From positions 9,982,001 to 10,046,000 of the forward strand of contig CP075495.1 in the NCBI GenBank assembly GCA_021613535.1: a stretch of 64,000 bases of DNA. Reading direction: 5' to 3'. Position numbers and translations under genes: made by a program. Under the pieces are notes generated by a model. That model was not told the origin of the DNA. It ran no database searches and saw only the letters and a list, made by a program, of their open reading frames with translations. This DNA is from Adineta vaga. Its lineage: Eukaryota; Animalia; Rotifera. Shown one piece after another: positions 1 through 12,657 of this stretch; position 1 is the stretch's first letter, and every line of letters starts with the position of its first letter.

Positions 1-1351
1 TTTTCACTAGTATTCTTAGTTTCTTGTGTATATCTGTGATTGAAATAACAGGATTCGATAATAGTCTTCGATTATATGAATCATTCGCAGAAATTCATCA
101 AGTATATGATGGCCCACTTCGTTTTCAACAAGCTGACTGGGATAATATAAAACATGAAAGTCTCATTCTTCGATCGGTATCAAACAATACGAATCAAACA
201 ATATCTTTTCAACGTCGAATCATTCGACTCAATGCCAAAAGTTCAGGTTTGTTAATTTCAATATAATAAATGAAATTTTTCGTGCTCATCTTCATTCTTT
301 TGTTTTAGATAAAACAATTTTTGTACGAAGACATCCAGCACAAAAAGATACAATTGCTTGTGAATTAATAAAAGAAGATCGTGAATATTCTCTTGTACGT
401 GATATTGAAACAGGACATTATTTTCGTGTTCAATCTGATCTTATTGAATATTCTTATGAACCACAAACAAATCAATTGTATGAAGTATCATTTCATCCAG
501 TTTTATTCAATCAGTCTCTTGTTGTTACGTATATTGTTAATAATCTTCATTGGCATGCTCGATATATATTAGAAACATTTAATAATGGTCAAATCAAATT
601 TCAAATTTTAGCTGATATCATTAATTTAAGTCCAATAGCATATCATTCTAATCAAACATATTTAATGTCAGGTGATATTAATTTAGCATTTGGAAATGGT
701 AAAAGTTCATCATTGGTAGTTTCAAGTGATACATTAGAAAGTACTATTGATTATAGTGGTGTTCATTTATTTTCTTCAATAAATGATTCATTAACAATCG
801 AACCATATTCAATACTTACTTTACCTATTCTTTTACCATATATTCGTGTCAAAGTTCTATTTGTTTATTCACTTATTCTATCAATACCATTACCTGCAAC
901 AAATAATGCGCAATCGATTATTTCAGGTAAACATAAATTTCAACGTTTATATCAATTATCGAATAGTTCGTCACTTCTTCCAACGGGTCATCTACTTCTT
1001 TATGATTCATCATCTCATGTTCTCACTGGTGAATGGTATTTACCAACCTTAGCAGAATCGGAAAAATATGAATTTGAATTAGGACAAGATCCTGATATAA
1101 TGCTTCTATACAATCGAACATTATTAACTAATCGTACAACAAATTCATCAATAATGACAACAAATGTTCTTATACAAAACTATAAACAACGTCAAGTTAA
1201 TATTCGTTTTAAATCTTTGTGTCAATTATCAATTACATGCTTATTTTATGATAATAAAGCACGGCCACTTGGCTCACGTCTTCGTTCGGATCTTGCTATT
1301 GATGCAAAATCCGAAATTGCATTTACATTCACTGTCGTACGACTCAGTTAA
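1..1351 (+). CDS. DUF4139-like secreted protein (5' end outside window); exons <1-246 and 309-1351
   Basis: The hydrophobic N-terminus (FTSILSFLCISVI) runs off the window edge. A GT-AG intron at 247-308 joins ORF 24..266 in frame to ORF 476..1351. The C-terminal LPTGHLLLYD...LTGEWYLPTLAESEKYEFELGQDPDI resembles the bacterial DUF4139 signature (recognised from memory). Confidence 0.65.
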
Positions 1352-1885
1352 CCAGAAGGCAGAAAACTGTTTTTTTATTTGTTTATAGTATTGTTATAGT
1401 TAGTACATGTAATCATATTTAATCGGTAGTGCAAAATAAAAAATATAGTGAAGAAAATATGTGAAAAAAAGACATATTTCTAAAGGGAGTAAGATACAAA
1501 AAAAATGTAAATAAGCGTCCTCGTACTAGATATTCTCTCAAAAACGTGTTTATGAGAGGTAATATGTACAATAGCGATTTTTTTGGCCTCCCCCTAAGTT
1601 AATATTTAAAAAAAACAACGACACAAGTGTAAAAGGAGAGAGGGGATACGTCGAAGGTAAAAGTATAAAATCTTACATTGCGGGTACACGCGACTCCATC
1701 TCCTCCTATCGGTCGACGATAGAGAAAAAACGTAAAAATTTTATGATATATAATATGAGAGAGACTAAACATATAGGTGTCTATGTATATATGATCATTA
1801 CTAAAAGCAATAACCTATCAGAAAAAAAAACCGAAATATTTTTTGTTAATTGATCAAGAAGATATACTCAAATTTATCATTCAAA

Positions 1886-3136
1886 ATGGATATTATAAAT
1901 GAAACTAGCAGTACAAGTAAAGATGTACACGATGAATGTCATTTATCCGAAGAAGAAATCAAACATGCTTATAATTTAACACTTCATATTGTATCAGTTT
2001 TCGTTCTATTAGTGGCATCTTTTCTTGGAGCATCGTTATCCGTAGCTTCCGCTAGAGTTAAAGCCTTTCATATTAGTCCAATAGTTCTCAACATCGGAAA
2101 ATTCTTTGGTAGTGGGTATGTTGAAATATAAATTTTGAACACTGATTTAGTTGTCGTATTGTTGTTTTATATATTTAGAGTGGTTTTAGCAACTGGTTTC
2201 ATTCATATTTTACCGGAAGCAATGGAAACATTGAGTGATTCTTGTTTACCTGATTCTTGGAATGAATACAGCGCTTATGGGGGTCTGTTTGCGATGATTG
2301 CGATTCTTCTCATGCAATTGATTGAATTTCTTGCACATGAAAAGTATCGTTCCATGAATTTAAAGCATTCTCATACAGATACTAATTCAAATAACCAAGA
2401 ATCTGAACAGAAAACACAGATCGATCAAAAAACTGAAGAACCTGAGAAAATACAAAGCCCAAACAATAATGTAGAAAGATCTGAACCGATAAATCACGTC
2501 CATTATCATCATCATCATCATCATCATGATGGCGGTGAAAATCATGGCCATGTGGATATTATTCAAATGGAACCTCCAATTACTTCACTTGAACAATGTG
2601 CCGAATCGAATCATCATCATCATGGTTTAGCATTTCAAAATGATAATCAACAAAATAAAATAAGTACTTATCTACTTGAATTCGGTATAGCTCTTCATTC
2701 AGTTTTGATCGGTTTAACTTTGGGTACAACAACTGATTCATTTGTGGCATTGTTTATTGCACTTTGTTTTCATCAATTTTTTGAAGCAATTGCACTTGGT
2801 GCACAAATTGCTAATTTGAAAAGTACATCAACCAAATCTGCTATTTTTATGGTTATATTTTTCTCTTTAACAACTCCTCTTGGTATTGGTATTGGTATTG
2901 GTATACACTCTGGTACATATAATCCAAAATCAGTATCCTATTTACTTAGTACTGGTATATTGGATTCTTTTTCTGCCGGTATTCTTATATATGTTGCTTT
3001 AGTTAATTTAATTACAGCTGAAATGGGAGCTAATGCACATGCATTTCATAATTCAAGTAGACGATTAAAATTTGTCTATTTTGTTGCTTTATATCTTGGT
3101 GCTGCTGCAATGGCTGTTATTGGGCGATGGGCTTGA
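1886..3136 (+). CDS. ZIP family zinc/iron transporter of Zrt1/IRT1 (fungal/plant) type; exons 1886-2115 and 2179-3136
   Basis: Intron 2116-2178 restores KFFGSG-VVLATGFIHILPEA. His-rich cytoplasmic loop; motifs LLEFGIALHSVLIG, HQFFEAIALG and GILDSFSAGILIYVALVNL. Confidence 0.92.
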
Positions 3137-3235
3137 CAAAGCAAAAGAACAGAACACTTTAGATTATACTTTAAAAAAGGGTTTTTTATTTTACTAATTA
3201 TTTACGATAAAAAAATATATACCATTGAACTGATT

Positions 3236-4450
3236 CTAAGGTCGTAACTGTTTGCCAATCAGATGCATTTCATCCGCTTGAATTAAACGTGGTACCGATT
3301 GTTTTCGGAAAGTTTTTCGTTGCGTATTTATATTGATATTTTCCTCGATTTCTTCTAAACCATTCGTTAATATTCGAAATTCTACAGTATAAGCAGGTGA
3401 TTCTATTGATTTGCCAACAATTAATTGCCGACGTGTATCTCCTTGATAGGAAATAGCAAGACGAACATTCACTGAATAGGACCAAGCTTTTCCTAAAGCA
3501 ACACTTGTATAAAAATCATTTGCTAATTTTTTATTTGTTGTTGATGAAGAATTATCATTATGTTTTTCTGTTAAAACAGTTGAACGACGTTTAGTAGTTA
3601 CTTGATTTGTTACTAAAGTAGAAAATCAATTGTGGTGAAAAGTATTGCTTATGCTGCATATTATACCTAAGACAAGAAGATTATATCGTAGAGCAAGTCG
3701 TTTAGCACAATCAGTAAATAATAGTAGGATATTTTCTCGACTATAACCCATCGTTGACATACGTAATGGAGCAGCAATTGAATCAATAATTAATAAAGCA
3801 GGACATAAGTCTTTTTTATTATTTTTCATTTCTTCTTCAAATTCATTTTCAATAGCTGTTAATGTTTTCATTAATAAATCCGAATCAAATATTGTTTCCG
3901 TTCGAACAAGTTCAAGTAAATGTTCTTGTTTACTATCAAAACCACCAATCATATTTAAAAGACGAATCGATGAAAACGTATGTTCAGTATCAATATAAAT
4001 TGTACGTAAACCCATTAAACAACATTGTGCAGTTAATTGAAGACAAAATTGTGTTTTACCACTACCTAAAATTTACAAATGAAAACAAATTATTTAATTT
4101 GCTTCTAATCTCATACCCCATGAACCACATAATTCAATCAATGAGCCACGTCGAAGTCCACCATTAAGATATCGATTAAGTGTTGGTAGTTTTGTTGGAA
4201 TATATGGCGATGATTCTGTTAACATATCGTAAACGTTTTTTGGTTGAACGATGAGAATAGAAAGAAGTTTTTCAAGAATAATTTCTGCATCGATAATTGA
4301 TAAACGAAATTTCAATGAAAGTTCAAGTGGTGAATAAACTGATAGATCTGTTAGATTTTTAATTCCTACACGATCGAAACGTTCAAGTAAATGATTATCA
4401 ATAAGATTTAATGAAATGAATTCTGGAGATGTAAATGAAAGTAATGACAT
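3236..4450 (-). CDS. RAD51B: RAD51 paralogue, RAD51B-like (3 exons)
   Basis: N-terminal SPLEL motif; Walker A ELCGSWG-x-GKTQFC across an intron; YIDTEHTFS; Walker B LLIIDSIA; C-terminal ALGKAWSYSVNVRL...RRQLIVGKS matches the RAD51B pattern. Confidence 0.85.
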
Positions 4451-4658
4451 AGAAAAAGAAAGTATCTAGAATAGTTTTGGGAATGAAAATTATCCAATCA
4501 ATCAATTAAAACCGATTTGAAGTGCTTTTTGTTTTCAACAAATTAATCATTCAGTCATCTGAATGGCAGATCTCTCTAATTTGATTAAATTCTTTTATTA
4601 GAAGCATCGATTGATATGTATGTTTTATATTTTTCTTTTTACTATTTTCTAAATAACA

Positions 4659-6802
4659 TTAACAACAAGTATTATTCATGAATGATTGAAATTCTTTTAA
4701 TGTTGTACGTTTCAATGGTGTGCCTTTTAATGTTTGTGATGTTGCTGAATCGATTCGAACTTGTACATAATCACCTGGCTGAAGAATTTCATCGTTATTC
4801 GGTAATTGTTTCGAAAATATGACTCTTGTATTATAATCGTTTCTTCCGGCAACTTCCAAATCGGGTGCACGCTTACTAGATCCTTCGACTAAGCATAATT
4901 GTATTTGACCTATATATGATTGATTAATTAAATGTGCGTGATGTCGAAATAATTCATGAATTTCTAAATGTCGCTGTGATTTGATATCGAATGGTATATC
5001 ATCATTTAAATGATAATGTGCTTTGGTTTTCTCTCGCATGGAATATGGAAATGAATAGAGAAAATTATATCGTACACGATTAATTACATCAAGTGTATCA
5101 TGATGATCCTCTTCAGTTTCACTACAAAAACCAGCTATAAAATCCGATGAAAAAGCAATATTCGGTATAACTGAACGAATATGTTCAACCAATGAAAGAT
5201 AAGCTTCTTTACTATAACCACGACGCATTAATTCTAAATAAAATTTATTGAGAAAAAACAAAGAAGATGAATGATTATTTCTTCGAAAATATTTACCCAG
5301 TATACGTGTACTACCACTTTGACATGGTAGATGAATTGATTTACAAATATTTGGATGATTATACATGACCTAGAGAGGAAATATTAGTTAGAGATTTGCA
5401 GAATTTCGAAACGAACATGTATTAAATCATCGGGAAAATCTTTTGGATGTGGAGATGTAAAACGTATACGAAGTTCAGATGAAATTTGTGATGCTTGATC
5501 CAAAAGTGTAGCAAAACGAATCGAACCTGTACATATACATACATTGTTTTGTAATGTAAATCAATGAATGTATACCTTTGGTCAAATTTGTTTTATAATT
5601 TTCTTTAAATCCTCTTGATAAATTTTTTGTTGTATGTAAAGATATATTCATTTCCGATTTATCACAATAACTATTAACGTTTTGTCCAAGTAAAGTCACA
5701 TCTTGTTTTTTTTCAATTAGAAAAGCAAGATTGAAGTATTGAAAACAAAAACTTTCAAATTACCTTTTATTCCAAGATCGACAAGATACCGAAGCTCATC
5801 AAGTATACTGGACATTGGCCTATATAAATACACAACAAAGAACAAATATGTACAAAAGTTTATTGAGGTGAATTAGTTGACTCAATTAAATCAACTGAAT
5901 ATCTTTGAGAAAGATGCGTATTACTTTATTCAACAAGTATTCATGTATACTAACCTACTTCGTTCTCGTCCACGTGTAAATGGTACGATACAAAATGCAC
6001 ACATATTATTACATCCTCGCATAATTGAAACAAAAGCTCGTCGATTATTTACATCATATCGTAATGGTGTTATATCAGCATAGGTTTCATCGACGGATAA
6101 AAGTGTATTGATACCTTTTTGATCAGACATTAATAGTGTTTGATCAAGTAAATTTGGTAAAGATCGATAGGCATCTGGACCACAAACAACATCAACAACT
6201 TTTTCACGTTCAATTAATTTTTCTTTTAAACGTTCAGCCATACAACCAAGAACACCAATTTGAAATGCTGGTGCATACGGTGAACGCATCCTTTTTCGAT
6301 GACCAAGTGATTGTAATTTATTCCAAATCTTTTGTTCAGCACCTTCACTAATCACATCAAAAGTTCAATTTCAAAGACACAACCCTACTTTATACATACC
6401 GAATACTACAAGTCATCAATCTAAAATACAAATTCGGTTTACTTGTTTTCAGAATCTTAATGTCTATTCTTACAAAACAATATCAGCATCATTTTCATTA
6501 TTCACACGTTCATATCCACCATGTTTATCAAGAAATGTATAGGCAATATCTGTATCATTTTCATTCATTTGACAACCATATACATCGAAATATACACGTC
6601 GTTTTGTATGTTTTAATGAATCGAATGGTTCATAGTCATTGAGATAAGGTGGAAGAGTTGGTTCATGTGATACTTGATTAACAGTTTGTTCAATGAAAGA
6701 TTTTAATGAAGGACCTTGAGAAAGTTTTTCACGCCATGCATTTGTTACTGTAGACAAATATCGAGAATGAGAAAATTGAGAAAGAATTAGACGTGATAAC
6801 AT
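4659..6802 (-). CDS. CDK5RAP1: Mitochondrial tRNA methylthiotransferase (MiaB-like radical SAM plus TRAM domain), multi-exon
   Basis: Transit-peptide-like N-terminus; [10 protein letters not shown]; MTCSIR (small exon about 6400-6420); [11 protein letters not shown]; CxxxCxxC motif [21 protein letters not shown]; [10 protein letters not shown]; C-terminal TRAM domain. Confidence 0.95.
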
Positions 6803-6903
6803 CTAGAAAGAAAACAACAATAAGATATTGAAATCACATGACAAAAAAAATCAAAAAGAAAATAATCATAAAAGACAAGATACAAGTTCGGTTTTGATTT
6901 ATT
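6803..6903 (-). promoter_or_regulatory. Poly(A) signal, U-rich tract and 3' splice acceptor immediately before the CDK5RAP1 ATG (possible intercistronic/trans-splice region)
   Basis: The minus strand reads AATAAA (6903-6898), then about 90 nt of U-rich sequence, then TTTTCTTTCTAG|ATG. Confidence 0.45.
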
Positions 6904-6911
6904 TTTAGTTC

Positions 6912-8331
6912 TCACGGCGATGTTGTTCGTGTTGTTGTAGCTGTTTTTTCATATTTTTTAACTTGAGTTTCAAGTGAACGAGAATATGCATCTAATTTCA
7001 TAATTGTTGATTCAAGATTTGACATTGCATCTTCAATTTCATTTAATTGACTAAAAGTTGATAACATTTTTGTGCCTTTAAATAAACAAAATCTATATTA
7101 ATTCTTGTTTTTTTTTCTATTCATCTTTACAATTATTATCATTCATTGTTCGTACAGAACTATTAACATGTTGCAATTTTCGATGCAATTGATTGTATTT
7201 ATCTAATGCCGTCGTATTCATTTGAGTTAAACAATCATAATCACTTACAACCACTAAAATATTCAGAAAGAACATTGCAAACAAAATCGATTATTCATGT
7301 GTAATAATAACTAAAAATGTTCATTATCAAAGCATGATGTACTTTCTATTGATCTAAGCAAAGGATTCTTAATGCATTTGTTTCAGTAAATCTTTCTTAC
7401 TAAATCAGAATCTCATTTTCAAAAGTAGTATTCATTACATTAGATCTGTCTCTTATACATATTAATCATACGATTGATGATTGTTCATACAAAATCTCAA
7501 CGAATAGTTTCAGTTGACGTTGATGAAAACAATCAATTCCGAAAAAGAAAAACAAACTACAATGAATACTTCCTTCATCTGTCTCATCAAATCCGGAAAT
7601 TAAAGAAAGCATCATTTTAATATCTTAAAAAATTTCTCATAAAGAAACAGCACACATCCTAATGACTGACAGAAATTTCCTGACATGTCTCATCACACTA
7701 CATCATCTAATGTTTAATAATCTCAATACTATTTGCATATATCTTATTTCCATCGTTTTTCTATTTAGACTAACAATCATCTTTTTTCCTGAGAAAATTC
7801 TTTCGGAATTTAGAGTTAAATATAGAAATGTCTGTTGAATGTTACTTTCCATACTTTTTATGTTTATTTATCTCTTTTGGAGATGAAAGAAGATTTTTAG
7901 ATAACTTCATAAGCTCAGATTTCCGAAAACATGTCTGGTCTATATTTAATCTTATTAATTAAGTTTTATGTTATTTGAACTCATCAAATATCTAATAACT
8001 ACGAATGAGAATTTCATTTACTCAATGTAATTAAAATGTTATTTGGAAAGATGAGTAATCCTCATCGTTATCAAAAATGATAATCAAGAAAAGAAGACTA
8101 TTGAATTGTTAAGTACATCTTGATTGAAGCATGTACTTCTCTCTTTCTCTTACATTTGCAATCAAATACGATAGAGAGAAAGAGAAGATACAAAACAAAA
8201 CGAGAATCGAACGTACATTTAATATCCGAACGAAAATAATCATCTGCATTGGAAAGAAATTGTTGAGCAATTTTTTCCGATGAATCAACTTGTTGTTGAG
8301 ACTGAGAAGGAGGCGTCGATTGAGCAGCCAT
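6912..8331 (-). CDS. BLOC1S2: BLOC-1 subunit 2 (3 exons; first intron about 960 bp; mostly missed by the ORF track)
   Basis: Manual splice gives MAAQSTPP...DDYFRSDIK / VVSDYDCLTQMNTTALDKYNQL... / ...LNEIEDAMSNLESTIMKLDAYSRSLETQVKK. The DYxxLxxMN and KLDAYSxxLE motifs are typical of BLOC1S2. Confidence 0.85.
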
Positions 8332-8601
8332 CAAATATCTATAAGATATATAAACATTTCTTATCATCGTTTCTATTTCAAATATATATATATATATATT
8401 TCTTTTTTTCGTCGTAATCACAATAGATATAAGCTTAGAACTGAAATGAGAAGAAAGAAAACGGAGGTTTTTTTAAAGGAAAACATCTATACATTCAATT
8501 TTTCCAAAATAAAAATAAATGACAAGACGGGATTGAAAAAGAAGAAGACGACAACATATATCTGAATAGTTCAAGATAAAATTTGCACAACATTCAAGCT
8601 T

Positions 8602-10127
8602 TTAATCGAAAGTAGTAGTAGTAGTAGTCGTAGTCGTAGTAGTAATGTTCGTGATGGTCGTAGTATTCGTTGTTGATATTGGAGTTGATTGAAGAACTTT
8701 TTTATTCGTTCGTTCAAACATTTCACGTTCATATGTTCGAACTTGATCCAGTGTCATTCCATACCTTTAGGAAAACAAAGAAACAGAAGAAAATCAAGAG
8801 ATTAGTTAAGACAACTTGATGAACTACCATTCATCCATCCATGTAAATGCTTGTCGATGTGCAAGAATTAAAATATCACGAACAGCCTAAAGCAAATGAA
8901 AAATATATTCATATTGATCATTAAAAAGAATCATCATTTACACGTTGAGTAAAATCTTCCACACGTGTCTGTAATCCCCAAACTTCGAAACGTACTCGAA
9001 CAGTCTTATATGCACACATAATCGGTTTCATATATTCCTAAAATACAAAGAAAAATCTATTTTTCTTCTTCATATTCAGAGAAACTTACTCTCCAATTCG
9101 ATGTTAAAGGTCCACGACCTGTTTTTTCTGATTTAAATTTACATGGATCTTCGCTTTCTTTATATTTATAATCTGCCACATTTTCCAATGCAATATCTAA
9201 GTATTCTAATTTTCGTACGGCTAATTCATCAGCTGATAATTTATGGCACTTGAAAAAATAGCAAGAAATATTGATAATCAAAGAGAAAAATAAAGTTTCA
9301 TTACATTTTCTGTTGTTCCATTATTATTTTCATAACGCGTTTCAACCATAATTGAAAAACGTGGTAGAAATGAACACTAAAAGTAAAAGGAGAAAAGTCC
9401 TATAGAAAACAACAAGAGAAGTAGTGAACAATACAACAAACACACGCATATCGGTAAGGATGAAGAAAAAAAGCCCAAGCGGTGATCAGATTCCTATTTC
9501 TTTTATGTTCAAAAGTATCAATAGCAAATAAAAAAAGAAGAAATATTAATAGATCTTGAGTATATAAGCACAACGTTTTGAAGAAAAGCAAGACATTAAC
9601 ATTAAACAATCACTTACGGTATATTCTACGGAAGAGAACAATTAGAGCAATCCCTTAGTCATCGATATATGATGATGAAATCAAAGCATTTAGAAAACAT
9701 ACCAGTTGTTGTATACGGATAGAAATTGTTCGCTTTTTCAGTTATATAAAATAAATTAGGAATGAGAGAACGTATCCAAACTGGTAAACGACTAAAGAAA
9801 ACAAATGATAATTCAATAAAGACAAAAAAGAAAGTTCATAATATCAATTCTCAAACCTTGATAAATATAATCGTTTTTCTGTCAATTGTCCGACAATACC
9901 CTCATCATTAGTAATTGGTTCATTACGAACAACTTCGACTCCTTCATCTTTACTTGATTCAATTTCACAATGTTTGCATATCATATAAAGTTGTCCAATG
10001 TGATACTAATGAGAAAGACAAAATATTTGAAGAAAACATTATCATTAGATAAGAAAAGAAATTTTCAATAAAAACTTACTTCTTCAACTGTAAATGGTAA
10101 ACATATTCGATATTCATGTAATAACAT
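8602..10127 (-). CDS. PITPNC1: Cytoplasmic phosphatidylinositol transfer protein (RdgB-beta type), about 9 exons including an 8-nt microexon
   Basis: MLLHEYRICLPFTVEE/YHIGQLYMI..., EKANNFYPYTTT-EYT-CSFLPRFSI, SEKTGRGPL, MCAYKTV, HRQAFTWMDEW; poly-Thr tail. Confidence 0.93.
9618..9625 (-). other. 8-nt microexon AATATACC of PITPNC1
   Basis: Flanked by ctcttccgtAG and GTaagt. It is required to restore the frame and the motif YPYTTT-E-Y-T-CSFLP. Confidence 0.85.
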
Positions 10128-12657
10128 TTTCTATATGTCAAATGAATTGACATACAAAAAAATAAGGAATTTCTCGCGTCGTTTTTTTCCTTGAAAAAAA
10201 AACTACAAGAAAAAAGAAGAAGAAGAAGAAGAAGAGAAAAATGTCGATGGTTGGTAGTAGTAGACTCATATTAATCGTAAAGATTCACCAATCGATGCAT
10301 GCATTGATAGACATGTTTCTTTTACTGACATCTGTTGGAAATTTCTTCGATCTTGATTCTAACAAAGACTTCTTTAGTATTGAGAAGATAACTTTATCAA
10401 TTGTCTAATTTTCACTCGGTCCGTTTTTCTTCACGAAATAATCTCGAATAAATTCTTTTCTTTTCTACTTTTTACTATTTTATAATCAAAAATTTTCAGG
10501 CAAAGAGAAGAAAAAAAAGAAGAAAGATGTTTTTTCTTGTCGGTTAGGTTTTTTTTAATCGTATTATGTTTCCCAAGAGATTTTCATGCATCCATACTCT
10601 TCATACTGGTTGCATGTGACATATTTAACAATAGAAGAGTCGCCTTTTCTTCTTCTTCTTCTTTTTCTTCTCCTCCTTCTCGCATTGCATACATTTCTGA
10701 ATCAAATTTGATCAGACTCGTCAATGGGTGGCATTCACGCATTTGGATTATCTGTTTTCTATCCATCACAATTACTAAATATATTGCATAAATAATAAAT
10801 AATTTAACTACTATTCTAATTATCTTTTTACAGATTGTTAGAATCGAAATCGTGAAAAAGAATTCACTTACATAGGTAGGTAAAGCGTATATAGAAAATA
10901 ATGATTTCCTTTTGAAAATGAAGACTAATTATTTCGGAGATATTTAGAAGATAACATGCGTGAGAGCATGACCATGTTTGCTTAAATAGATTTGTAAAAA
11001 AAATGTATATACGGGAAATATGATTATTAAGTATACTAATGGCTATGTGAGAAATCATTTACGTCGCATATTTCAATTTCATAGAGAACATCATCATTAA
11101 AATGATTCATAAGAGATTTTAACCTAACTGAACGTTTAGTCGTATGTCATTTGTCGAAAATAATTGATTGTTTTATACTGTAAACAAAAAGAGAATACTT
11201 ATAATGTGATGCATCAGACATGCGTAAGAATATGATAAACAATAGTCAACAATGTAGATCTGATCATTTCAGTTTTGGGAAATAATTCAATGCAATAATG
11301 AGAAACTTCTATTCATCAAATACTGTTAACAATTTCATTTTCAATCAGGGAAAAAGATTCAATAGAGTATTTTATTTTATTTTCTGAAATAGTAATCATT
11401 TGTAATTCGATTTTGAGCTCATTTCTATGAAATGTCTTTTTTTGTAGTTTATCTCATAGAAGGATCTCTCGAAGTTCTAATAAATATTAATGTCTTACAT
11501 ATTTTGTTTCGAGCGAGACATGTCATCTTAACATCGGTCATTTGTATGACTAAATGAATTCCTTTTTCCTCGAGATGAATATCAATGATATGTAGAAAAT
11601 CTTCGGTGCACTAAACTCTACTAATTGGTTCGTAAATTCATTGTCATCATAACAATCATTTGAATACTCCAAAATATATGTTCAATCATAAGTAAATATC
11701 ACAAATGAACTAAAAGCAAGTGAATCCTATATTTACATATCGTAAGAAATGTATAAACCATCTGAGAATATAATGTATAGTAGATATGAATAAATTACTG
11801 ATGTATTGATTGACTTGCATATGTAGATCTCATCAAATATCGATACTCAATAGCATGAGAGTATTTAGATTGGTGATTGATGAATTTCTGTCAGAAAAAA
11901 AGCTGCTAAATATAAATATATTTACAAGATGAATGGATATGATCAATATGAGAGAGTTACTCGATAGAATTCATATGGTCATAGAAAACATAATACTATT
12001 CTTGAAAAAAAAGCCAGACCTTGACCTATTTTGCTTATAATTGATGTAGTATTTATAACTGTAGTATGTTCTATGTTAATAGTAAATCATTACTGGGAAG
12101 AAAAGAACGACAGATTGGTATAAAACATAGTCGATATAGATATTTTCGCACAAGTACTGGAAGTGAATTCTAATGGAATTCTTTCGATAAGTCATATTGA
12201 TTCGTTTCTCGTTTAGGACAAAAGAAACCAAAAATAATCTAATAATTCTAATGTACTTATCTGAAGAGATCATTTTCTATGCTCTACTGAATAATATTTT
12301 CTTATTCGTTAATGAAGAGTTTCTTAGTAAGAATTATACTACGTTGTTATATTTCGATAATGATACAAACAACAATGCAAGAATTCAATTGATAATTTCA
12401 ATAAAAAACTTTTCTCAATATTACGGTCTTTTGACTTATCAGAACAGTTTACAAATTGTTTTTGAATGTATATGTTCGATTAATAACGATGACAAATAAT
12501 CAAACTGTATTCTTTATTCTATTTCGTGTTTAAAGAACTGATTTACAAATCGAATTTATCTTTCGTTTCTTCTCTCTCTTCGAAATATGTCACGAGTTTC
12601 TATTATTCAGTAGACATTTTATTCAAATAGTTAAATCATTTCAACTGATTATCTAAA

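Noticed and set aside
1648-1658. ACGTCGAAGGT upstream of the ZIP gene resembles the yeast Zap1 zinc-responsive element (ACCYYNAAGGT)
   Set aside because: It is an imperfect single copy, and animals have no known Zap1; a chance match is likely.
10200-12600. Short ORFs between PITPNC1 and DXO
   Set aside because: Low-complexity F/I/L-rich translations typical of AT-rich non-coding DNA; no motifs or coherent splice structure.
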